DNA of 64,000 nt from Candidatus Iainarchaeum sp. GTDB lineage: Archaea > Iainarchaeota > Iainarchaeia > Iainarchaeales > JAGVWC01. Under the pieces are notes generated by a model, which had not been told where the DNA came from, made no database searches, and was given only the letters and a program-made list of their open reading frames with translations. This document shows, piece after piece, positions 47,899 to 56,821 of this stretch; the stretch's first letter is position 1; each line of letters starts with the position of its first letter. Location of the stretch: the NCBI GenBank assembly GCA_018304465.1, contig JAGVWC010000009.1, positions 64,001-128,000 of the forward strand, read 5' to 3'. Made by a program: the position numbers and the translations under genes.

Positions 47899-48438
47899 TT
47901 AGCGTGCGATGCGAAGCGAAATAATGCATACTTCGGCGTCAGCGACCGCGCTGGAAAAGTCGCACATGTCCATTTGGAGTTTGTCGCGCATATTCAGGGT
48001 ATCGAGCGTCGCGCCGAGTTCGGTTTCTCCGTAATCGCAGATCACGTCGATGCGGGCTTGCGCGGGAGAAGATCCTTTGTATCGCAGGGCTTTTCCGTCA
48101 GTAATGAATTCAAATCCGCGGTTATTCGTGGCAAAGTCGCCTAATGTAAGGCACAAGTCGTCGGCTTGGGGTCCGCCTTTGGCGGCTGCGGCGATTCCTT
48201 TGACGTTTAACGTGGTGTCAAAGTTGAATAGTGAGGTTCGACTGGATTTGATGTTGGACGGAGCGGTATAGGCGCCTTTGAGGGTTTCGGCGGCGGCCGT
48301 GGTCGGATCTTGTCCGACATTGAAAAACTTGGCCAAATCGAGTACTCCGAATAATACGCTTAGAATGGCAATGGCGACCACAGCGGCGATCAGTAGTTGG
48401 AAAACGCTGGAGCCTTGTCCTGTTTGGTTCAAAATCAT
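47899..48438 (-). CDS. Pilin-like protein, candidate major pilin
   Basis: NQTG/QGSSVFQLLIAAVVAIAIL; own GGTGA RBS and TTTATATA box upstream; T-rich tract downstream. Confidence 0.8.
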   Translation of the reverse strand: MILNQTGQGSSVFQLLIAAVVAIAILSVLFGVLDLAKFFNVGQDPTTAAAETLKGAYTAPSNIKSSRTSLFNFDTTLNVKGIAAAAKGGPQADDLCLTLGDFATNNRGFEFITDGKALRYKGSSPAQARIDVICDYGETELGATLDTLNMRDKLQMDMCDFSSAVADAEVCIISLRIAR

Positions 48439-48518
48439 GATTGGTTCACCGTCCGATTAATGCTGTATTAAGAATTCGGTTCCGATATATAAAACTGATG
48501 GGAAAGAAGGAAACCGTT

Positions 48519-48959
48519 CTAATTCGGTTTTAATCCGAATCCGATGCGGCAACACGTGTTACAACCGTTTAAGCATTGGGATGCGGGAGAACACAAGTAA
48601 TACACGTTCAGTTGGGTGTTTTGTTTGATGAGGACGACGCCAGGTTGGATCGAACTGATGGATTCGGTTTCGCGGGATTCCAGTTCGATGCATTCGGGTT
48701 CGAGGCCGCGCCGGCGGGCCAGTCCAACGGAAGAAAATTGTTCTCCCGCGCGAAACAGCAATTCGGGTTCGGTAATGACTTCGTTGGTTGGGGTCTGGAA
48801 CGCGCGGTCGAGAGTTTTTTCGAAGCGTTCTTTGCTTAACAGGAATTTTTCGTTTTCAAAGTATTGGATCAGACCGATGATGATCACCAAAATCGCGAGT
48901 CCCATGACGGCGGCGATCAAGATGTTGAAGGGTTCGAAGAATTGGCCTTTTGGATTCAT
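48519..48959 (-). CDS. Pilin-like protein (class III signal peptide)
   Basis: MNPKG/QFFEPFNILIAAVMG. Confidence 0.8.
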   Translation of the reverse strand: MNPKGQFFEPFNILIAAVMGLAILVIIIGLIQYFENEKFLLSKERFEKTLDRAFQTPTNEVITEPELLFRAGEQFSSVGLARRRGLEPECIELESRETESISSIQPGVVLIKQNTQLNVYYLCSPASQCLNGCNTCCRIGFGLKPN

Positions 48960-51325
48960 GAGCCCAGCGCTCCCACAACAGAGTTCGAGATAAGCACGCT
49001 GACGATAAAACAAAGAATCGCGATCGGAAGGGATTGCGCAAGATTGATCTTGAACAACACGTCGTTGTCTTCCTCGATCTTGGTGTTGTAGTAAGTCATG
49101 ATGATGACGAGTTCGATTACGTAAATGGCGACGATGAGAACGAATTGGACCGGCGTGACCATGGTTTGGAATACTTCCGGGTTTTGTCCCAGCAGCCCGG
49201 TTCCGACGTTGGATAAGTCGGGCAATCCCGGCACCGAAACAGAACTTGACGTCGTGACCGAAGAACTTCCTTGACTTGAAACGATTTGCGATAACGTAAC
49301 CATGACGACTTTTTGTAGCGACGTCGTGATTCCCAATACGATCGGAGCGATGAAAATCACCATGGTGTGCATCATGGACGTGACTTCGCGAACCAGGGCG
49401 GACAGCATGCGCGTGACTTTTTCCTGGTTGGTGAGTTGCATGGAAAGCGACATCAGGGTGCGCGCGGATACATTGACGCCAAGATTCACGGAATCCACGA
49501 GGAGTTTCATCGAGCTTTTGATGATGGCTGATGGAATGTTGCGCAGCGCGCCGAAGGTTTTGTCGAACACGGCGGCCTCAAGCGGCATTCCAAGCAGTGA
49601 AATGTTTTCCACTATTTTTCCGTAAATGCGTTCTGCCACGATGGTTTTGGGCAAAAATTCACGGGTGTGCTGCAGGGCTTCTTCGACGGGTTTGTTTTCG
49701 CCCATGCGTGACGCGAGAATGTAAAGACTGTCGCGGAATTCGGTTTCCATTTGCATGGTTTCAAGCTGCACTTTTCGTTTTCCCTGGTTCGAAAAAAACA
49801 AGTAAAAATACGCGAGCAATCCAAACGTCAATAGTCCTCCGAAAACGAGTTTGTACGGCGTGATGTCGTGAGTTCCCTGGGCAAAGTAGCGTTGTCGCTC
49901 CAAGGCAATGCGGTCCCTGCGCTGGACGGGATCCGTGATTTCGGTAGATAATTCTTTGTCGAGCAATCCGTCGGGTTCGAAATAATTCGTGGGTTTGTTG
50001 TCTTCCAACAGCACTTTTTCGGAGTTCGGATCGGGTGGAATCAGGTACGTGGATTGTCCGAGTTCGTCTTTTCCGTAGGGGACTCCGAATTGGGATAATC
50101 CCAAGGTGATTCCGCCGCACACCAAAAGGATCACGAGCAATCCGAGTCGAAGATCGACCATCATGTTTCCGATTTGCGCCTTGTTTTTGGGCGGAAGACC
50201 CGGATGGTTGTCCGGAACAACGGGCGGTTCGTAGGTGGGGGGACGGGTCAAGACGACGTTTCGCGCGAAAATGAACGCGCCAAGCGGAATCAAGATATTG
50301 TAGACCAGGATCAGGATTTCGGGGCGCGCCAAGGGCGCGCCGGAAAAAACGCTTCCGATGGGAAGAATGATAATCAGGATCAACGGCAAAAGCACGCCGA
50401 GATAAAACAGCATGATGGAGGGCTGTGAGAGCTGGCGTGCGTAATTTTCCATTTTGTTCTTGATGGAATCAAGCATTTCCGTGACGGTCCGATCGAGTAA
50501 CAGGTAGCGTTTGGATTCGGATTCTTCGAGCACGGACGCGCGGATCATCATGAGCGATCGTTTGAATTCGTCCGAGAATTTTCCCCAGCGGTACGCCATG
50601 GCGTCGAGTCCTTCGGAAAGCGTGTTGTAAAAACCCAGTTGGACTTCCCAGATCATTTTTCGCAGATCGTCCGCGATTTTTCCGCGGCCGTGTTCGGCGG
50701 CGAATTCGATCGCACGCTCGAGATTGGGAACGAGTTTCATGGACATCGTCATGTAACCCACGATTTCGGGTACGTACGTGAGCGCGCGGATTTGTTCTTC
50801 GCGTGCTTTTTCAAGCGGATAGCGTTGCACGTAATTGATCAAAAACAAGGCGATCAGCAACAAGGGCATGAAAATGTACACCAACGCCATTTCCATGCTT
50901 TTCGTAAAACCAATCACGAGCTGGAGCACCGAAATCGTGCCGCAGACCTGGATTCCTTCATCGTCGAATTTGGAGCAGTCGGGAATCAGCGGCACCGCAG
51001 CCAGGAGCAACCCGATCAATAGCGCGATTCCCACCCCGGCAAACATCGTGAACGAAACCGCGGATCCGAATTCGGATGCTTTCAGATCCCATCCCAAAAA
51101 ATCGATGGCTTCACGGTGTTCTTCGGAGTACCGGGCTTTCATGTCCGGTCGGATGAATTGTGTGGTCCATTTGCAGAATTTGACAAAGGCGGGCACCGTG
51201 GATTTGACGAGTTTTGTTTCGCCTTTTTCGAAATCGCGGTCTTCGGTGCGGATGCTTTTGTAGATTTCTCCCGGCGACGCATTGGGTTCGTAAAACGGCC
51301 GTTTATTGGCGTCAGACGGCGGCAT
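48956..51325 (-). CDS. Pilus platform membrane protein (fused double TadC/PilC-like)
   Basis: Multiple TM blocks, two T2SS-F-like repeats, follows the ATPase. Confidence 0.85.
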   Translation of the reverse strand: MPPSDANKRPFYEPNASPGEIYKSIRTEDRDFEKGETKLVKSTVPAFVKFCKWTTQFIRPDMKARYSEEHREAIDFLGWDLKASEFGSAVSFTMFAGVGIALLIGLLLAAVPLIPDCSKFDDEGIQVCGTISVLQLVIGFTKSMEMALVYIFMPLLLIALFLINYVQRYPLEKAREEQIRALTYVPEIVGYMTMSMKLVPNLERAIEFAAEHGRGKIADDLRKMIWEVQLGFYNTLSEGLDAMAYRWGKFSDEFKRSLMMIRASVLEESESKRYLLLDRTVTEMLDSIKNKMENYARQLSQPSIMLFYLGVLLPLILIIILPIGSVFSGAPLARPEILILVYNILIPLGAFIFARNVVLTRPPTYEPPVVPDNHPGLPPKNKAQIGNMMVDLRLGLLVILLVCGGITLGLSQFGVPYGKDELGQSTYLIPPDPNSEKVLLEDNKPTNYFEPDGLLDKELSTEITDPVQRRDRIALERQRYFAQGTHDITPYKLVFGGLLTFGLLAYFYLFFSNQGKRKVQLETMQMETEFRDSLYILASRMGENKPVEEALQHTREFLPKTIVAERIYGKIVENISLLGMPLEAAVFDKTFGALRNIPSAIIKSSMKLLVDSVNLGVNVSARTLMSLSMQLTNQEKVTRMLSALVREVTSMMHTMVIFIAPIVLGITTSLQKVVMVTLSQIVSSQGSSSVTTSSSVSVPGLPDLSNVGTGLLGQNPEVFQTMVTPVQFVLIVAIYVIELVIIMTYYNTKIEEDNDVLFKINLAQSLPIAILCFIVSVLISNSVVGALGS

Positions 51326-54300
51326 GGCTTACCCGTTCTTGGCTGGTTTTTTTCTTTTCAAGCAGGCGTTTTAAGAGTTTGTTTTGCACCCATTCTTTCC
51401 AGTCCACCAGCAACTGGTCGTAATCGACTTTTTTTCCGGCGGACAACTGGTCTTCGCGCAGAATCATGTATTTGTTGTTGGTTTGACAGTAGTTTTCGGC
51501 TTCGATGAGTTCGGGTATCTCGTACTTGTTTTTCAGGTCCACCAAAAATGCTTTGCTCGCGGCGTTGGTTTTGATCGCTTTCCAGATTTCCTCGATCGTC
51601 ATTCCCGAAGTGGATTGAATGCGCTCGAACAGGTCCGAGTCCTTGAGATTGTCTTCGAGCAAATCAATGCGGTCGTCTTTGGCATGGTATCTCATGATAT
51701 CCAGTAGTCCGCCTTCTTTGTCCGGGTCCGTGGTCCAGTGTTTTTTGACTTCCGTGACTTGGACGAGGCGACGATGGCGTTTTAAGGATCCGCGAAAACG
51801 AATCGGTCGGCAGACCACGACCAGATCGGTTGCTTTGAAAGACGTGGTGGGAACCGCAAGATCGTTGACGACGCGGTCCCAAACCGAGTACGCGGAATCG
51901 CCGTGAATGGTTCCAAGTACGATGTTTCCCGCGGCGCCAACCCGCATGGCTTCGTACAATACTTTGGCTTCGGTGGAACGCACTTCTCCGAGCACCAGTG
52001 CCGAGTCGCCTAATCGCAGCGCGGTTCGAAGGGATTCTTCGGGCCCGACTTCGGATTCGGTTTTTGAAACCGAGATCGGCGAGCGGGTTTTGAGCCGTTG
52101 AATATTGAAGCCCACGTTTTTCATGTATTCCGCAGGAATTTCGAGCGTGTTATGGGCGATAATGTTTTCACAAATAAAATTTTCGCATCCCGGGACCGAG
52201 AAATCGTACACGAATCGTTCGTTGGTTTCAAGCTTTTGAATTGCGGTTACTTCGTCCCACAAAATCTCGGATTCGACGAGTGTATTCAAACGATCAATCA
52301 AAACAGTCTGGGTTTTGGCGGTTGAAAGCATTTGCGATAGTTTTCGGCGCCCAATATTGTTTCCGCGGGTAATGTAATCACTATAACTGAACTTGTCGAT
52401 GAGGCGGGCCAAGGTTTTTTTGATCGGGATTCCAAGCGGAATCGTATCGGTGGCGTCTTGAGTGGGGCGATGGGTACAAAGGAGTTCCAAACGCGTTGTT
52501 TTTTCAATCTGGAGAAAACCGATTTTTTCTTTGAAACGATCGAAGTTTTGCCGGCCCCCGATATATAAACGGTACGTTTTGTCCCTTTCCTTTTGGGGAC
52601 CGACTCTTGCGGTAATTCCAAAATGCAACAATAGGGTCTGAAGCTGATCGATCATTTGCTTTGAGCAAAGACTGATTCCGAGTTCTTTTTGCGAAGCGTT
52701 GCCGTCTCCGCTGAAAAGTCCTTTGAGAAAATGACCTTTTTGGCGTTGGTCTAAATTAAACGCCCAATTTGGAATTTGCTTGGTATATGCATTCCCTTTC
52801 AGATGCAATATGTTTTTGAAAAACCAGACAAGGTTCGTGTTCGAGATGACGGTCGAGAACTGGTCGTGATGAATTCGCGGAACAAGCCCGAGTTTATCGC
52901 AGATGTCTTTAAGCAGTTTTTTGCTGGGGGCATCCCCGACCGAAACAATGATTGCGAAGCGAGAATCGTAGCATCCGTCCGCAAGCCATAATCCCGCTAG
53001 TTCGATCCAATCGTTGGACAATGGGATCGTTAGCGGAAGCGGGCGGGATTTTTGATCGATTTTGAATTTAAGATTGGTAGTGTCCAGCGAAACTTTGTTT
53101 CGAAGTTGTTCATAGATCTTGACGGGCAGTATTCCCTTGCGTTTCCATACGGAAGAAGAATTTTTTTTGTAACCGTTTTCTCTGGCGGCTTGCTTGACCA
53201 ATTTCCAGTTTTGTGCAATCCACGGTTTGATTTCGCTTCCGAGGAGAAAGCCCTTTTTGGAAGCAACCAAAGTATCCAGCACGGGGAACGCGCAAATCAA
53301 TGAAGGATCGTTCGGCAGAGTGCTTGGAACGGCGATTCGTTTTCCGACAGTTAGATCGGATGTCTTGATGGGAACAATTTGCGCGTTTTGGTCTAACGCG
53401 AAAAGAGAATGATCGCAAGTAACTTTGAGTGTTCGGCCGCTTTTTGTCCGAACCTCAAGAATGTCTTTGGTGACAGCATGCCGGGAAAATTGGGATACCC
53501 GTGCAAGAACAATTTTTCCGGATTTATCCATCGAATACACATGAATGTCTTCCGGATTGGAATCGAGCAGGTCGCGCCCATGAATATCGATTGACCCGAA
53601 TTTTGAAATCTGTTCGTCGATGAGAGCTCCAACGGTTGTGAATTCAAATGATTCCTTTCGTTTCACTTGAATTTTTGAATCACCGGTGACGCTGTCTTCC
53701 TGTAGAATAATCCGCGTGTTCTGAAGAATTTCCAGCATCAGGGCCTGGAGCAGCGATGTTTTTCCCGCGCCGCGCGAACCCGTAACAAGCGTGGTGGCTT
53801 GCTGGTCGATGAAAAACGAGAGTAGTCCCGCCGAAAGCGGCGTCATGAAATGATTGTCAATGAACTGGGGCAGTGTCCAAGGCGTGACTTTGTGGAGTCG
53901 AAACGCGAACGCGATTCCGTCGGGAGAAAGCGGGGGCCCGATGACGGCGACACGGGCGTCGGAATCATCGAGATCGAAATCAAGCACGGGGTGGGCTTCG
54001 TCGAACGGACGGCCGCTCATGGCGCGGAGTTTGGAAACCATGGAATTGGCTTCGTCCGCGGTGTACACGATGTTGGTCTGGCATTGTCCGTAGTCGGAGT
54101 GCACCACGTAAATTGGTTTCATTCCGATGGGCGCGTCGACGTAAATATCGGTGAGGCGTTTGTCCTGCAATACCAGTTCGAGGATTCCGTATCCGACAGT
54201 ATAACGCGCCACGACTTCGGCGAGTTCGCGGGCTTCGTCGTTTGAAAGCGGGATTTTCATGGATTGCGCGATGTCATGAATCGTGCTTTCGTAGATGCGC

Positions 54301-55172
54301 GTGAAGTATTTGCGGCTTTTGGCAACCATGGAAAGCGATGTTTTCCCGGGTTTGTAACTGGCAACGATTTCCTTGGTTTTCGAGAGAATGAAGTATTTTT
54401 CGGGGGGCAAAGAGTATTCCGGCGGGTTCACGAAATACAATGCTTCGGTTTTGTTCGGGTGTTTGAAGATCTGGACGTTGGCGAGGCCGATGTTGTATTC
54501 GTCCAAGAGTTCGAGTTCTTCGTCGTCGCCAAACAAGAGGCGGCTTCCGATAAAAGACGGTTTGATTTCGGCTTCGAACATCGAACGGTAGATTTCGCGG
54601 CTTTCGGGGACTTTTTGGAGTTTTTGCAAAAAGTCTTTGGCGCGTCCGATGAGTTCGGTGGATTCGAAGCGTTTCTTGATTTCGGTCAGTGTCGCGAGGT
54701 AAACCGCGTTGCATTCGCGAACCTTGTCTCCAAGACCGCTTAATTTTTCCTGTTCGGTTCGGATTTCATGCAGACACGTTAAGTATGCCATTACAGGGTC
54801 GTACGCGAGCAAATCGTGCGTGACGCGCACGATCGCGTCGTGGCGCGTGGCGAAGAATTTTTCGCATTCGAGGTCCGGCGTTCCGAGGTGCGCGTAGCTC
54901 CACATCGCGTCGTTTTCGAATTTCCGGATCAAGGAAGAGACTTCGGTGAGCATTTTGGTTTCGTGTTCGTCGTAGACGCGTTCGTATACTTCGGCGAATA
55001 CGATCAGGTCCGCGTCAACTTCCTGGAGCACGGATAACACGTGGAACATGCACGCGCGGTCTTCGGCGAGGCTTGCGCCGTACACGCAGTTCCGGCAGTC
55101 GAAAACGAGGTGGCGTTTTCCGCCCATATCCTTGACGACATAATCGCCGACTTCAAATTGCCCGATTTTCAT
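51312..55172 (-). CDS. Type IV pilus assembly ATPase containing an intein
   Basis: GSRGAGKTS, QED|T.E, LRLGDSALVLGEVR, GTIHG; N-terminal CxxC. Confidence 0.93.
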   Translation of the reverse strand: MKIGQFEVGDYVVKDMGGKRHLVFDCRNCVYGASLAEDRACMFHVLSVLQEVDADLIVFAEVYERVYDEHETKMLTEVSSLIRKFENDAMWSYAHLGTPDLECEKFFATRHDAIVRVTHDLLAYDPVMAYLTCLHEIRTEQEKLSGLGDKVRECNAVYLATLTEIKKRFESTELIGRAKDFLQKLQKVPESREIYRSMFEAEIKPSFIGSRLLFGDDEELELLDEYNIGLANVQIFKHPNKTEALYFVNPPEYSLPPEKYFILSKTKEIVASYKPGKTSLSMVAKSRKYFTRIYESTIHDIAQSMKIPLSNDEARELAEVVARYTVGYGILELVLQDKRLTDIYVDAPIGMKPIYVVHSDYGQCQTNIVYTADEANSMVSKLRAMSGRPFDEAHPVLDFDLDDSDARVAVIGPPLSPDGIAFAFRLHKVTPWTLPQFIDNHFMTPLSAGLLSFFIDQQATTLVTGSRGAGKTSLLQALMLEILQNTRIILQEDSVTGDSKIQVKRKESFEFTTVGALIDEQISKFGSIDIHGRDLLDSNPEDIHVYSMDKSGKIVLARVSQFSRHAVTKDILEVRTKSGRTLKVTCDHSLFALDQNAQIVPIKTSDLTVGKRIAVPSTLPNDPSLICAFPVLDTLVASKKGFLLGSEIKPWIAQNWKLVKQAARENGYKKNSSSVWKRKGILPVKIYEQLRNKVSLDTTNLKFKIDQKSRPLPLTIPLSNDWIELAGLWLADGCYDSRFAIIVSVGDAPSKKLLKDICDKLGLVPRIHHDQFSTVISNTNLVWFFKNILHLKGNAYTKQIPNWAFNLDQRQKGHFLKGLFSGDGNASQKELGISLCSKQMIDQLQTLLLHFGITARVGPQKERDKTYRLYIGGRQNFDRFKEKIGFLQIEKTTRLELLCTHRPTQDATDTIPLGIPIKKTLARLIDKFSYSDYITRGNNIGRRKLSQMLSTAKTQTVLIDRLNTLVESEILWDEVTAIQKLETNERFVYDFSVPGCENFICENIIAHNTLEIPAEYMKNVGFNIQRLKTRSPISVSKTESEVGPEESLRTALRLGDSALVLGEVRSTEAKVLYEAMRVGAAGNIVLGTIHGDSAYSVWDRVVNDLAVPTTSFKATDLVVVCRPIRFRGSLKRHRRLVQVTEVKKHWTTDPDKEGGLLDIMRYHAKDDRIDLLEDNLKDSDLFERIQSTSGMTIEEIWKAIKTNAASKAFLVDLKNKYEIPELIEAENYCQTNNKYMILREDQLSAGKKVDYDQLLVDWKEWVQNKLLKRLLEKKKTSQERVSHAAV
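52149..53693 (-). mobile_element. Intein with LAGLIDADG homing endonuclease (515 aa)
   Basis: Starts SVTGDS after LQED; block B VTCDHSLF; LAGLWLADG and FLKGLFSGDG; VYDFSV...IIAHN followed by T. Confidence 0.92.
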
Positions 55173-55303
55173 CGAATTCGGTCCCCTGTTGTTCTCTCTA
55201 TATACAAGGACTTGTGATTAATAAGGTTTGTTGACCGGAGAGCCCGCACATTCCCGACCAGCGGGTTTTTATTTTGGCGATTCGTTTTCGTTGTGGGTTT
55301 TGA

Positions 55304-56224
55304 ATGGAATTCGGACGGATTTTAAAATCCGGTTTGGTGGAGTGGTTAAAAGAACCGCGACTGGTTCGCTTGTTCGTGATTATTTTCGCGGTGTATTTTG
55401 TTTCGAGCCTGTTGACCACCGCTTTCATGGCCGCGTCTTTTGGATTGGATTTGTCCTGGCAAATGATCAAGTCCGAATGGGAAGTGATTCCAAATGACGA
55501 GAACTGGGCGGAAGATTTGACAGGCGATGCTTTTGTTAGCCGCGCGGTTTTGTTCGGATTGGCGGGATTGTTAATCGGAATCGCGGTATTGATCGTGGCC
55601 ACGATGATTTCGGCGTTCGCGGTGCACGAATCCATGATTTGGAAACGGATCCGCACAGGGACGATTTCGATCGGAAAATCATTGAAGTTTGTCGTTTTCA
55701 ATTTTTACGCGTGCATCGTGATTTTGCTGTTGTTGATGGACCCAATCTGGCTTGTGGTGCCGGTGATCAGCATGATCCTGATCGCGGTTGGACTTTTGTT
55801 CGGAGGCTTGGCCTTGGTTTTGTTGGTGCTGGGTTTTCTTGGGTTGCTGGCATACGCCGGAATCGTTATTTACCATATTTATCGTCTTTCGTTTGCGGAC
55901 ATCGCGTGGCTTTCCTCCGAGATGCCGATGCAGGACGCGTTGGAAGAATCCTGGCAGGCGACCAAAGGTCGTTTTTGGGAAATTTTCATCGGGGCTTTTG
56001 GTGCCAACATCGTGTCGGCGTTGCTTGCCGGAGTCGTGGTTTCGATTCTGGCGTTGGCGCCGATGATGATCGGGGACGCCTCGCAAAGTCCCGCGGTAAT
56101 AGCGATTTGCATGGGCGTACTGAATTTGTTGCGCGCCGTAATGACTTCGTTTTTGTTCATGGCGTCGTTTGCCATTATCGCCGAGATTTACGTTCAGGTT
56201 CTTCGCGACCCCAAGAAGCATTAA
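55304..56224 (+). CDS. Multi-pass membrane protein
   Basis: Six to seven TM helices; DALEESWQATKGRFW motif seen in DUF975/GDPD-anchor-like families. Confidence 0.75.
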   Translation: MEFGRILKSGLVEWLKEPRLVRLFVIIFAVYFVSSLLTTAFMAASFGLDLSWQMIKSEWEVIPNDENWAEDLTGDAFVSRAVLFGLAGLLIGIAVLIVATMISAFAVHESMIWKRIRTGTISIGKSLKFVVFNFYACIVILLLLMDPIWLVVPVISMILIAVGLLFGGLALVLLVLGFLGLLAYAGIVIYHIYRLSFADIAWLSSEMPMQDALEESWQATKGRFWEIFIGAFGANIVSALLAGVVVSILALAPMMIGDASQSPAVIAICMGVLNLLRAVMTSFLFMASFAIIAEIYVQVLRDPKKH

Positions 56225-56248
56225 AAAAACTCTCTTGGTTTTTCTATC

Positions 56249-56779
56249 ATGCAAAAACAGAATCCGCATGATTACGAATCCGCCAAAAAAGCCGTGGTGA
56301 GCGCGGGAAAATTTTTTCTGTTCCTGCTGGTTTCTTTTTCGGTTCTGTTCGTTTTGTCGATTTTGATTCCCGTGGCGGATTTCGAGCGGCTGCTCGCCGC
56401 ATTGGTCCAGAATGCGTTGTCGTTTTTTCGGATCGAAGCGTTCGCGGGGTTCGAGGAAGACGCGTTTGTTCAGGTGGTGTCGGGACCCAAAATCGTTTTC
56501 AATTTTTTGTGCACGGGCATCACCGAAACGATTATTTTGCTGAGCGCGATTTTTGCAACGTTTGAAATCGAATGGAAAAAAAGGCTCGTCGGAGCCGCGG
56601 CCGGAATCGTCGCGGTGTTCGCGTTCAATCTCGTCCGGATTTTCGTCACGGTGTGGTCGATCTTGACGCAGCCACTCGAAGTGGTGGTGTTGTCGCATGA
56701 AGTATTGTTCCGGATTTTTTTATTCGTGGTCATCGCGGGACTGTATTGGGCGTGGCTTCGATGGAGTCGAAAAAAATAA
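56249..56779 (+). CDS. Archaeosortase/exosortase family protein
   Basis: Catalytic triad motifs LCTG, FNLVRI, SHEVLF in a TM protein. Confidence 0.85.
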   Translation: MQKQNPHDYESAKKAVVSAGKFFLFLLVSFSVLFVLSILIPVADFERLLAALVQNALSFFRIEAFAGFEEDAFVQVVSGPKIVFNFLCTGITETIILLSAIFATFEIEWKKRLVGAAAGIVAVFAFNLVRIFVTVWSILTQPLEVVVLSHEVLFRIFLFVVIAGLYWAWLRWSRKK

Positions 56780-56821
56780 TCAAAGCAAAGTTTATATTGT
56801 CGGAAATGGCACTATTAAGTT

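Noticed and set aside
45051-55172. Archaellum operon
   Set aside because: No archaellin signature and no ArlH, ArlF or ArlG genes visible
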